The notes under the pieces are model-generated. The model saw nothing but the letters and a program-made list of their open reading frames with translations. It ran no database searches and was not told the origin of the DNA. A stretch of DNA of 64,000 nt from Phyllobates terribilis (taxonomy: Eukaryota): NCBI RefSeq assembly GCF_046119375.1, contig NW_027362761.1:499472001-499536000 (forward strand), given 5' to 3'. The translations under genes were made by a program, and so were the position numbers. Shown in pieces: positions 35,134-48,143 of the stretch. Each line of letters begins with the position of its first letter. The first letter of the stretch is position 1.

Positions 35134-36929
35134 CTGAGTTAAGATCCAGAAAGTGTAAGTCACCCAAATTGTTAGAGGAATGTCAAATTCTGCGACAGAC
35201 CCAATGAAGGTAAGTTATATATGCTAACTATCTAGATTTCCTCACATGATTTACCTTCTAGCTCATTTAGAAAAAAAGGATAAATAAGAGTATACTTTCC
35301 GAATTTACCTCGCTGGTTTGTGGGACATGGCTCAAAGCTCGTTGCTACGTTATAAATTTTTGTTCACAGTCATAACCCTTTGTGAGCCCATGCTTCCTCT
35401 ACACCTATTTCTATTTTCCGCCTCTCCTAGTCTTGATCCCTATCTCTCCAAGACAAAAAAAACTCTTGGAATTCTTAGATTCTGGGTGATTTTGGGCATT
35501 TTGTGGCGCCCTTGAGATTTGTCTTCCGTTAGTCTTTGAGGACTCTCTTTTTCTGAGAGTTGACAACTATGATGTAAAGCTATGCACTCCTAAACCATAA
35601 CTGCTGTTATTACAACATTAATGGTGCAGTAAGAACAGACTGTCAGTAAAACATGCGCATCTGGCAAGGAGGAGGCAAGAAGAGACCTTTGAAACTTGAG
35701 GTTGAGAACCATTGCCATTTAGACCTCCAATTTTCAGTCAGAAATCAGCAGGAAATACGTAGCATGCTGCCTTTTTTTGCGGGGGCACTGAAAAAATTTG
35801 TTATTACACGTGAATACAGCGGTGGAAATCCATGCTGATATCTATGTCAAATCGGATATGTGTGCCTTTGGTACGTGTTTAGGAGTTCTCGACTATGCTT
35901 GAACAATTGGAAAATTATCTCAAAAGCTCTTTAATGAGCTGCATGGCCTATTCCCTTAATTAAGCCGGTAAAAGCTGATTCCAGGTGTGGTATTCGCATT
36001 TGGAAGCTGTTGCTGTGAACCCACAAGATGCAGTCAAAGGAGATCTCAATGGAAGAGAAACAGACCATCATTTGGCTGAAAAAAAAGAAATCCATCAGAG
36101 AGATAGCAGAAATGTTAGTAGTGGCTAAATTAACAGTTTGGTACATCTTGGACGTCCACGAAAGACAACTGTAACATCCCTGGCGGCGTGCTTGCATAGT
36201 GCACCACCTCCCACTATGCAAGACCGCAATATTACCTGTCAGTCCAGCCTGCAAACCTTGCTCCAGTTCATGCTGTGTGCATATCTCTTGACTGACTGCT
36301 TAGGGCGGCGGCCCGGTTACTTCCTGATTCTTATAGCTGCTGTGGGCGCACCCCTAATGCGTCTCCAGCCTATTGCTGTGAGTCACTGGATATTTAAACC
36401 CCCTCCACCCAGAAGGAGGGGCCTGAGCAACACCTTCACTCAGTTTGTCTTTGCAACTGAATTGCCAGGTCCTGTCCTGTATCTTGCCTGTTTCCGCCAC
36501 TCTGGGGGCTGCATACCCAGACCTGTTACCTGTGACTTCTAGTCTGTTTCCGCCACTCTGGGGGCTGTATACCCAGGCTCGTTCTTGTATCTCATTGCAG
36601 TAGAAGTTCCTGTCTGAACTGTATCCTAGCCTGTTACCTGTTTGTCTCTAAGTCCGTACCTTCCCTTTTCCTGCAGTATCTGAACCTGCACCTAACTCCT
36701 ACTCGTTGTCTCTGTACTTCTGTTTGTGAGTTTTGTGTCCACTCGCTACTTCATAGTAAGTACCTTATGTGTATCTGGTTCTGCTTGTCCCTTTTCCCTT
36801 CCTCCGTATCTTCCTCCTGTGTTCTAGCCATCTTCCTGTATTTTCCAGTCTGTTCCATGTGAACAGAGCCCTGTCCTCTCTGCCTGCACCTTCAGCCCTG
36901 TTCGGCTCTGGTTGCTCACTGCGCCAGTG

Positions 36930-37345
36930 GTTTCTCTCTGCTCTGACTTGCCCACCGCTCCGGCGGCTTCCCTCTGCTCTGCCTTGCCCACCGCTCCGGT
37001 GGCTTCTCTCTGCTCTGCCTTGCCCACTGCTCCGGCGGTTCCGCTCTGCTCTGCCTTGTCCACCGCACCTGCGGTTCCGCTCTGCTCTGCCTTGTCCACC
37101 GCACCTGCGGTTTCGCTCCGCTCTGCCTTGTCCACCGCACCTGCGGTTCCGCTCTGCTCTGCGTCGTCCACCGCACCTGCGGTTTCGCTCAGCTCTGCCT
37201 TGTCCACCGCTCCGGCGGTTCCGCTCTGCTCTGCCTTGCCCACCGCACCTGCGGTTTTCGCTCCGCTCTGCTTGCTCACCGCACCAGCAGTTCCTCTCTG
37301 CTCTGCCTTGTCCTCCGCTCCGGCGGTTTCTCTTTACTCTGCTTG
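36930..37345 (+). repeat. 36-bp minisatellite (about 11 units)
   Basis: Unit ctctgctctgccttgtccaccgcacctgcggttccg; it generates the spurious Ala/Pro-rich ORFs in the track. Confidence 0.9.
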
Positions 37346-37548
37346 ACTAACGCATCTGTGGCTCTGAACCTGTCTCCCAGTCTGTACTGGACCCTATCCA
37401 GCCTGCGCTCCAACCTGCTAGTACTGCACTCCAGCCGTGCTTGCCAGTGCCCACCTGTCTGCATACCAGCCGTGCTTGCCAGTGCCCACCTGTCTGCATA
37501 CCAGCCGTGCTTGCCAGTGCCCACCTGTCTGCATACCAGCCGTACTTG

Positions 37549-39130
37549 CATAGGCGGATTATAATGAGGGCAATCCGGGCTACTGCCCGGGGCCTCAGGG
37601 GGCCGAGGCTCCGGGGTGTCTATGGCCAGATTGCCCTCATTATATGTGCGGCGCCGTGGCACATACTGGCAGACAGTGGCGGGGGGGCCCCCGGACCGCT
37701 CCCCCAGCAGCGGCGCACGGACGCTGCTTCTTCTCCGGTCGGGCCAGTACTGCAGCAGTTAACTTCCCTGTGCTGGCCTGGCCGCGTCACTGCTAGGAGG
37801 CGCGGCCCTGTGCGCGGACTTGTCTCCTAGCTGTGACGTCACGTAGTGCGCGCCCTGCACTGCTACTTACCACCGGAGAGGAGCAGGACTGGAGCCGAGC
37901 CGGGGGATGGTGAGTCTGTGTGTGTGTGTGAGAGAGAGTGTGTATGTGTGAGAGTGAGTGTATGTGTGATTGAGTGAGTGTGTGTGTGCAGGCAGATATC
38001 ATTGTGTGATGTCTGTTTATATGTATTTTTGTGTTTTCAAATGTGTGTATGTATATGTCTGTGTGTGCGTGACTGCGTGTGGCCTCCCGCTGTCTGAGGG
38101 GGGCGCCGTGCGGCCTCCCGCTGTGTATAGATGGCGCCGTGTGGCCTCCTGCTGTGTATAGATGGCGCCGTGTGGCCTCCTGCTGTGTATAGATGGCGCC
38201 GTGTCAATATTGAGTCATACAATTAATGTAAGGCTATGTGCCCACGATGCACAAATGCTCCGGATTTTTTTTGAGCGTTTCTGCATCTCCCTGGCAGAAA
38301 AAGCGCATGCGGATTTTACATGCGTTTTTCCTGCCAGGGAAATGCGGATGTGAAGCGTTCTTCACATGCATTTCTGTATGCTAGTTATCAAGCGCTTTTC
38401 CAAGCGATTTTAGCATCACTTGGAAAGTGCTTGACAACTTGGTCACACTATATAAATCCATGCAACCGGCATGGATTTATATAGTGTGACCGTAAAAGAA
38501 TGGTAAAAAATAAATATATACTTACCTTCTGATGGCCTGCCAACGTCAGCGGTCGCGTGACCCGTCACATGACTAACTGACATCACGGCAGGTCCTTTTC
38601 AGACCATCGTGAGCTGCCGGCAAGCCAGGATGCATCGGATAAAGACACCGGGGGCCATCAGAAGGTAAGTATAATATTTATTTTTTATTTTATTCTTTTT
38701 TTACAGGTACTATGGTACCTGGGCCCAGAGGAGAGTCTCCTCGTCTCCAAATGCGGGTACCATCTGCACATTGAAACGCATGGAATCCGCATGTACAGAT
38801 GCAGTGATGCGGATTCCATGCTTTCCAATGCAAGTCAATGGCGGCGAAAACGCCGAGCTTCCGCAAAATAATTGGTAATGCTGCGGATTTTTCCGCAATG
38901 ATAATCCGCAGCGGAAATTTCCGCAGCATGTGCACAGCACATGCAGATTATCATTGGGTAACATGGCAGACCTTCTATCAAGCGTTTTCTAAGCGTTTCT
39001 GCAGCGGAATTGCTTAAAAAAACGCATAGTGGGCACACAGCCTAAAAAAAATTATAATTAATATTGTGCCAAATTTCACGTGAACTATCACATGATCTAT
39101 CACAGGGGATCATGTGACATGTGATACATC

Positions 39131-39163
<33 letters not shown>

Positions 39164-39224
39164 GGGGCCTGCGCCTGCGCCTTCTAAACTGCCCGGGGCC
39201 CTTGCTACTCTTAATCCACCCCTG
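37549..39224. mobile_element. hAT-like MITE (8-bp TSD cgtacttg/cgcacttg)
   Basis: Imperfect TIRs cataggcggattata versus ttaatccacccctg; 8-bp TSD with one mismatch. Confidence 0.7.
38232..39042. mobile_element. PIF/Harbinger-like MITE (TAA TSD), reverse-oriented relative of 12236-13063
   Basis: taa|ggctatgtgcccacg ... gtgggcacacagcc|taa; 23-bp perfect hairpin at 38441-38491. Confidence 0.85.
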
Positions 39225-41819
39225 CGCACTTGCCAGTACCCACCTGTCTTCATACCAGCCGTACTTGCCAGTATCCACCTGTCTGCATACCGACCGTGCT
39301 TACCAGTATCCACCTGTCTGCATACCAGCCGTGCCTGCCAATACCCACCTGCCTGTATGCCAGTCTAACCTGCCTGTTCCTGCATTCCCCGGTGTGGGTC
39401 AACAACTGTGACCGGGGTCTGACCTGGAGTAGCACCTGGTCCCTCTGCTCGGTTCCTCCTTGGTTCACGGAGTTGACAAAGCCGCCGTGCGACCTTGGTC
39501 GGATCGGGTTGATACTTAGTTACACCCCTCCAGGCAGTCCTCGGTTCATGGTACAGTGGGATCACTAATCACGCACACGCCAGTCATTCCGGGCGTGTGC
39601 ATAACAACAACAGTGGTGGATTATCACAAAGTCCTTTCTATGGTGAAGAACTCCTTCAAAACATCCAACCAAGTGAAGAACACTCTCCAGAAAGTAGGTG
39701 TTTCATTATCTAAGTCTACCATACAGAGAAGACTTCATAAGAGCAAATAGAGTGTTAAGCACAAGGTGCAAACCTTTAATCAAACCATTAATCAGCCTTA
39801 AAAATAGACTTTGCAAAAAAACAACTAAAGAAGCCAACCCTGTTCTGAAAAGCATTCTTTGGACAGATGAATCTAAGATCAACCTGTAGTAGAATGATGG
39901 GAGGAAGAAAGTATGGCGAAGGCTTGAAACAGCTCATGATCCAAAGCACAGCATCCTCTGTATAAAAACGGCAGAGGCAGTGTGATGGCATGGGTATACA
40001 TGACTTCCAATGGCACCGGGTCACTTGTGCTTATTTGATTATGTGACTGAAGACAGAAGCAGCTGGATTAATTCTGAAGTATACAGGGCAATACTTTCTG
40101 TTCAGATTCAACCAAATGCAGCAAGGTTGATTGGACAGCGATTCACAATACAGATGGACAATAACCCAAAACATACTTTAAAAGCAACCCAGGAGTTTTT
40201 TTAAGGCAAAGAAATGGAACATTCTGCAATGGCTGAGTCAATCACCAGATCTCAACCCCATCGAGTAGCATTTCAGATGCTTAAAGTGCACCTGTCAGCA
40301 GGATTGCGTTCAGTAAACCGCATACACTGTCAGGATTAATATGATACGTTGGTTGATGAAATCCGTCCTGTGGTTCTTGTGTAATCTTTACTTTCAGTTT
40401 GGAGACAATGATATGCTCGTGCTCTGGGGCGGCCTGTGGGGGGGCATTCTATCTGGTGCTCTGCTTACATATTCATCTATATGCTCTTATGACAGCTCAC
40501 TGTGCCTTCACTGACCTGCCTCCTAATTTACATAATGCATCTAGTAGAGCGGGGCTAGGTAAAATAGGTAGAAAGAAACAGAAGGTAGGTGTAGTATAAA
40601 GAACAGAAACAGCAATGAGAAAAATCCTAGCTGGAACTTCACTGACTAGCTTTAAAGGTACAGCAAAATGGCTGAACATCCACAAAAAACTATCACCAGC
40701 AGGAAATGCCAGCAGGGGGACAGAATATAAAGCCGCACCCGAAAGGTGATAGGGCAGACAAATGAAAACACCTGTGTCATGCTAAACAGACTGCAGCCAG
40801 AATAACAGAACCTAAACGCCCGGAGAAAAGGTGTGTCTGCTGTGGCTCGACTGACACAGAAGCCAACCACAAAACACAGGCTCAAGGGTTCGAACCCAGG
40901 AGCGTGACAGCGACTCTGATCCATCCAGCAGACTGACACACATTTGGAACACAGGCTCTGGTTCTAGATGAGATGATGTTTTCAGTGGTACAATTTTTTT
41001 GTGTCAGTATAATAAAAAAGCTACATTTTTGGCATTTTTTTTACAATGTTAATCGTATGGGTTATTTTTTTTTTTAGCTTTATGGCTTGGCCCGTTTACA
41101 CAAAACAGCATTTTTAGTAGCAAAATATTATTCCATACTTTATTTAGAATTTTTTTTTTCCTTCTTTACTCAGTCCCTATAATGGACTTTAACTTATACT
41201 TGTCTGACCGCTGATCTAATATCCTACAATACTTCTGTACTCTGTTCAGTAGGACATTAGATCTCCAAGTTTAAGGGTAGGTTCACACGAACGTAAAAAA
41301 ATCATCAGAGTTTCATCCAGAAAAGTGGAACAATTTTTTTTTGCTATTAATCATTTACAAGACTATTTACAGTTTCCTATTTTACAGAATTGAAATGTCT
41401 CCATAAAAAAAATCGGATGCTGTACTATGTCTCTGTATGGCATCCAATTTTTTTCACACACCTATAGACTCATCTGATTTACGAAAGAAATCAGTGAATG
41501 CTGGAATTTTTATTTTTCCACATGTAAATTTGGTCAGTGAAAAAGAAAATCACTCATTTGCACTGTCTCATTGAATAATATTGGGCCGAGTGCTGTCCGT
41601 TTGTTTCACCGACAGCACTCGGACCGAAAATGCGGTCATGTGAACATTCACAAATCGCCTGTTAGACCTGCTTATTGAAGAGCGATACAGGCCACCGATG
41701 CTGGCTGACCCAAAGGCCATTACTAAACGGTAACTAAACCGGCACCCCGCAGGGAGCCAATAGACTTGAAGAGGGAGCCCCCTATCTCAAATAACCATTT
41801 AGTTACCACTGTCACTTTA

Positions 41820-42060
41820 GGGAGCACAGTGACAAAGTGATTAGCACTGGTTCAAATCCCATCAAAGACAGCATCTGCAAGGAGTTTGTATGTTCTCCCC
41901 GTGTTTGCGTGGGTTTCCTCCGGGATCTCCGGTTTCCTCCCACACTCCAAAGACATAAGGATAGGGAATGTAGATTGTGAGCCCCAATCGGGACAGTGCC
42001 CATAATGTCTGTAAAGTGCTGTGGGATTAATGGCGCTATATAAGTGAGTAAAATGAATAA
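41820..42060 (+). mobile_element. V-SINE-like tRNA-derived SINE
   Basis: B-box-like ggttcaaatccc; V-domain-like gtttgtatgttctccccgtgtttgcgtgggtttcctccggg; LINE-like tail gcgctatataag...aataa. Confidence 0.75.
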
Positions 42061-42270
42061 GGGGTTTAATGACCATGATCAGTGCTAATAACGATTGTGA
42101 CGGTGCAGCAGAGTGTCAGCTATGATATTCAGCTGGAACCCTCTGATTATGGAGCTGACTCTGCTTGTGAGTTGGCACTACCATCTTGCAGTGTATGGCA
42201 GTTTGTCAGAAGTCGCCAACCGCTTTGCCATACATGTACAGCAGATATTGGGAAGGGGTTAAAGGGAATA

Positions 42271-42560
42271 CAGGTGCATCTCACTAAATTAGAATATCAT
42301 CAAAAGGTTAGTTTATTTCAGTTCTTCAATACAAAAAGTGAAACTCATATATAGAGTCATTACACACAGAGTGATCTATTTCAAGTGTTTATTTCTGTTA
42401 ATGTTGATGATTATGGCTTACAGCCAATGAAAACACAAAAGTCATTATCTCAGTAAATTAGAATACTTTATAACAACAGCTTGAAAAATGATTTTAAAAT
42501 CTGAAATATTGGCCTACTGAAATGTATGTTCAGTAAATGCACTCAATACTTGGTCAGGTC
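42271..42560. mobile_element. Tc1 TIR fragment (family of element B)
   Basis: TA|caggtgcatctcactaaattagaatatcatc...; no transposase. Confidence 0.8.
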
Positions 42561-43632
42561 AATTCCAGCGATGTATCACTTAGTTTACTGGGTGCAGCAC
42601 TTATGACACAATCAGGGTTTTTTAGATGAAGCATGTAGCAGAGCTCAGGAAGCTGTCCCCATTCACACCCCTAATTATCAGGTTTTTTTGTACGTTGACA
42701 GCAAGCTGCTAATCAGTGCTGGGGGCGTGGTTGGACCAGCATGCAGGATGGCACCAGTCCGACAGTGATAATCTTCTGCTGATAAACACTCATTGTATTG
42801 ACACAACAGCACACAGCCTAAGGCCTCATTCACATGTCTGTGTTTAAATACGTACATGAAAAAGGGATATGGGGTAAATCAGTGTTATGTATCAGTGTGT
42901 CTGTATTTATCATCAGTGTGCATCAGTGTTTTTCATGGATGAATAAATAAATAAATTACAAAGCTTCTCCTATACTTTGCAGCAATGTTAAACACAGATG
43001 TCATCCATGTTCTGTATGTGTTTTTCACTGACCAATAGACTTGTATTGGCCCTTGTCATCTGTGCGGACAATGGACATGTTTCCCTGTGTTTTGCAGACA
43101 CACGGTCCATGAAAAAACACGGACATGTGAATAGCACCACAGATTATAATGGGATGTTCATTCTGTAAAAAAAAAAAGGATACAACATGTACACACGTGG
43201 TCAAAATTGTTGGTGGTCCTCGTTTAATGAAAGAAAGACCCACAATGGTCACAGAAATAACTTGAATCTGACAAAAGTAATAATAAATTAAAAATCTATG
43301 AAAATGAACAAATGAAAGTCAGACATTGCTTTTCAACCCTGCTTCCACAGAATTGTTTAAAATATTAAACTCATGAAATAGGCCTGGACAGAAATGATGG
43401 TACCCATGAAAATAATGTGACAAAAGGGACATGTTAAATCAAGTTGTGTCCACTAATTAGCATCACATGTGTCTACAATCTTGTAACCAGTCAGTGGGCC
43501 TGTATATAGGGCTACAGATACTCACTGTGCTGTTTAGTGACATGGTGTGTACCACACTCAACATGGACCAGAGGAAGGAAAGGAAAGAGTTGTCTCAGGA
43601 GATTAGAAAGAAAATTATAGACAAGCATGTTA

Positions 43633-45853
43633 GGTTAAGTGCCCACGTAGTGTTTTTGTAGCGTTTTTACGACTGTGAAAACGCTTGTAAAACAGTCTGC
43701 CATTCAAAGCAATGTGAATTCGGATGTGCTGTGCACATAATAATTAGCGCGCCGAATTCGCATTGCGTTGCAAAACGCAGCATGACCATTTCTACCGCGA
43801 TTACGCTGCAAATTCGCGGCCATTGAGGAACATTGAAACGCAGCAAACCCGCAGGTATATGTGGATTTGCTGCGTTTCAATTAAATTCAATGGCCGCGAA
43901 TTTGCAGCGTAATCGCGGTGCGTGTGGTACCCGGGATGAAGAGAAGACTACAACTCCTCTTCATCCCGGCTACCATGCGGTGAAAAAAAGAAATAAAAAA
44001 GTTAAAAATAAACAAAACCTGTATATTTGTAGCACCCCGAGGGCTCGGCTGCTACAGGGGTATTGCACCTCAAACCAGAGGTGTGATATTCCACTCCCGG
44101 GTAAGGATGAAGTGTGGACCAGGGCTCAGTTAGCTGCATGCATCACACACACCCCATTTCCGAGGGACAGCTCAACGGTGCTCCCACTAGACAGAAGTGC
44201 AGGCACGACAGCATCTGTTCCTGGCTGGAGTGGGGAGGGGGTGGAATACCCAGTGGTGTAGGAGCAGATAGGGGTGGGTCTCTGGGCATAGATAGGAACC
44301 CATTGGTTGCTAGTCACCTGGGCTCACACATAGAGGGAGGTATATAAGGTGGGCACCATCTTAGGACAGGGTTCAGTTCAGAGAGGAGGAGAAGAAGACA
44401 GGAGCTCAGCCAGAGAGGGCTGACAGGGAGCTGTGGCTCAGTCTGGGCCCAGCTCCAGAGGCAGGCCTGGAGTGGAGGCCAGAAACAGCAGAAAGAGAGA
44501 GGAGAAGGAACGGAAAGGAAAGTAAGAAAGGAACTGGAACAGAGGAGAAAGGAAGCAAGGAACACAGAGAAAGGCCCAGAGACACGAGGACCGAAGGAAC
44601 CCCATATGCCCAGAGGAGATACAGGGTGAAGGGTTGGCAGAACAGGGTACCGGAACCCAAATTGGTGGAGGCGACTAATCCTCAGCCAAAACCGGAGGTT
44701 GTGACCACATCTTGGTGCAACCCCTCACTACATCCACCAGGAAAGCATACCACATAGGGTCAGGGAAACCGGGAGAGGTTTCGCCAACAGAAGGCCCGAG
44801 GAAGCTGGACAAAGGTGGGTCACTGGTGGGGACGGCCAGAGAAAGGTAGAGAAGGGAGCTCTGAACCACACTCTGGAATTACCTGGGAGTTGACAGAGTC
44901 CCTTGCCTGGTGGACGCAGCACGGCTCGGGCAGTCATCGCCTGCAGCATTGACATGAACAACAACTGTGAATAAAGCATTGAAAACTGCAACCGCACGTC
45001 TCTGTGGTTCCTCGCCGCACCAGCACCATTAGCACTGGGACGCTCACACCATCATTCCCATCATCTCTCACATTAGCTGCCCTGAGGCAATACTTCTCCC
45101 GTGGGGAGTTATCCCATACTCCGCTGCGCAAACAACATCAGCCTCAGCGGTCTGCAGCGCAGCGGCGGTCCCCACTGACCGCAATCCACGGGTGGCGTAG
45201 TCAGACATTTGCTATACATTAAGACTGCCACTGGTTTGACCACCCTGGGCACGGACCGGGTCACCGCCACACGGAGACTACAACCCCCAGCATCCTACAA
45301 CAGGCCCGGTTCCGGGTTCCCCAGCACAGCACAGGCCCAGGGGGCGCGTCATATTCACCTCTCCGGCGGCCCCCAATCTGCTCCCGGCCACTTCCTCTCT
45401 GCTTGGCGTCCCGCGGTGTACTGTCAGGACCTGCGGTGACGTCATTTAGTCACCTGATGGTCACGCGACCGCTGACGTCGGCGGTCAGGTGATGGTCGCG
45501 TGACCATCAGCTGACTAAATGAGGTCACCGCAGGTCCTGACAGTACACTGCGGGACGCGAGGAGAGTGGACGCCGCCGGCAGCAGACTGGAGGAGACCGG
45601 AGAGGTGAATATACAGGTTTTTTTTATTTTTAACGATTTAATTCTCTTTTTTTCACTATAGATGCTGCATTTAAAGCATCAGTTGTTCACACATTATAAA
45701 TCCATGCCGGTTGCATGGATTTATATTGTGTGACCAACTTGTCAAGCACTTTTCCAAGTGATGCTCAAAATCGCTTGGAAAACTGCTTGAAAAAACGCTT
45801 CTGTCTGGCAGAAAAAACGCTCTGCATCAAATCTGCTACGTGGGCACATAGCC
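43633..45853. mobile_element. PIF/Harbinger-like MITE (TTA TSD) interrupting the transposase; hosts a solo LTR
   Basis: tta|ggttaagtgcccacgtag ... ctacgtgggcacatagcc|tta. Confidence 0.85.
44028..45351 (+). mobile_element. Solo LTR (1324 bp) related to the cold-shock-domain element, 4-bp TSD TATT
   Basis: tatt|TGTAGCACCC ... ggggcgcgtCA|tatt; both ends are clearly homologous to the 28626 LTR and the middle is diverged. Confidence 0.9.
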
Positions 45854-46165
45854 TTAAAGGTAAAGGTTATAAGACCATCTCCAAGCAGCTTGATGTTCCT
45901 CTGACTAGAGTTGCACATATTATTCAGAAATTTAAGATCCATGGGACTGTAGCCAACCTCCCTGAACGTGGCCGCAGGAGGAAAATTTATGACAAATCAA
46001 AAAGATGGATTATACGAATGGTAACAAAAGAGCCAAGGATAACTTCTAAAGAGATTAAAGGTGAACTTCAAGCTCAAGGAACATCAGTGTCAGATCACAC
46101 CATCCGTCGTTGTATGATCCAAAGTGGACTTCATGGGAGATGACCAAGGAGAACACCATTGTTGA

Positions 46166-46819
<654 letters not shown>

Positions 46820-46859
46820 TAAGTTAAGAGTACTATCATTTCTGTCCAGGCCTATTTAA

Positions 46860-48143
46860 CCCCTTAAGCCCTGGAGCATTTTTCGTTTTTGCATTTTCGT
46901 TTTTGCTCCCCTTGTTCCCAGAGCCATAGCGTTTTTATTTTTTGGTCAATATGGCCATGTGAGGGCTTATTTTTTGCGGGACGAGTTGTACTTTTCAACG
47001 CCATTACTAGTTTTACCATATCCTGTACGGGAAAACGGGAAAAAAATTCCAAGTGCGGTAAAATTGCAAAAAAAGTGCAAAACCACAGTTGTTTTTTATT
47101 TATTTTTTTTACCACGTTCACTGAATGCTAAAACGGACCTGCCCTTCTTATTCTACAGGTCATTACGAGTTCATAGACACCAAACATGTATAGGTTCTTT
47201 TATATTTAAGTGGTGAAAAAAAATTCCAAAATTTGGTAAAAAAAAAAATTAAAAAATAGCGCCATTTTCTAAGACCCGTAGCGTCTCCATTTTTCGTGAT
47301 CTGGGGCTGGTTGATGGCTTATTTTTTGCGTGCCGGGCTGACGTTTTTATTCATAACATTTGGGGTAGATCCGATGTTTTGATCGCCCGTTATTGCATTT
47401 TATTGCAATTTTGCGGCGACCAAAAAACGTAATTCTGGCGTTTAGAATTTTTTTCTCGTTACGCCGTTTACCGATCGGATTAATTCTTTTTTTATATTGA
47501 TAGATCGGGCGATTCTGAACGCGGCTATACCAAATATGTGTATGTGGGTTTTTTTTTTATATATATATTTTATTTTGAATGGGGCGAAAGGGGGGTGATT
47601 TAAACTTTTATATTTTTTTATTTTTTTTTATATTTTTAAAAACTTTTTTTTTTTACTTTTTGCATGCTTCTATAGTCTCCATAGGAGACTAGAAGCAGCA
47701 ACTATCCGATCGCCTCTGCTACATACAGGGGACGAGCAGGTCCCCTGCATGCAGCAGAAATGGTCCTGTGCTATGAGCGCCGACCACTAGGTGGCGCTCA
47801 TAGCGACAAGATCATGACAACCACAGGCGTCTGCTGCAGACCCTGGGTTGTCATGCACGCCCATCGGCGACCCGCGATCACGTGACGGGGTCGCCGGTGG
47901 GCGGGGCTTATGACGCGCTACCCGGAAGCGCGCGTTAAATGCTGCTGTCGGAGATTGACAGCAGCATTTAACATGTTAACAGCCGCGGGTGGATCGCGAT
48001 TCCACCCGCGGCTGTTGCGGGCACATGTCAGCTGTAAGAATCAGCTGACATGTGCTCCGTTCAGTGAGGGCTCAGCGCAGCAGCCCTCACTGAACGGAGG
48101 GATCGCAAATATGCGTACTAATACGTCCCCGGTAAGTAAGGGG
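46860..48143. mobile_element. piggyBac-like non-autonomous element (TTAA TSD, CCCCTTA termini) in the Tc1 right TIR
   Basis: TTAA|ccccttaag ... taagggg|TTAA. Confidence 0.75.

Larger units (their letters stand above)
37430..39365 (+). repeat. 35-bp minisatellite split by a hAT-like MITE
   Basis: Unit ccagccgtgcttgccagtgcccacctgtctgcata at 37430-37548, continuing at 39225-39365. Confidence 0.85.
36170..39606 (+). mobile_element. LTR-like element (TG...CA, 5-bp TSD ACAAC) containing minisatellites and nested MITEs
   Basis: acaac|TGTAACA ... gcataaCA|acaac; no coding domains. Confidence 0.65.
35880..40290 (+). mobile_element. Degenerate Tc1 remnant split by an LTR-like insertion
   Basis: ggacgtccacgaaagacaac (36150-36169) resumes as acaacagtggtgg at 39607. 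Fragments ILWTDESKINL and QMDNNPKH. Ends approximate. Confidence 0.7.

Noticed and set aside
36769-37350. CRISPR-like array, or Ala/Pro-rich proteins in several frames
   Set aside because: The 36-bp units are contiguous with no unique spacers, there are no cas genes and the context is eukaryotic. The ORFs arise because the unit length is a multiple of 3 and lacks stops.
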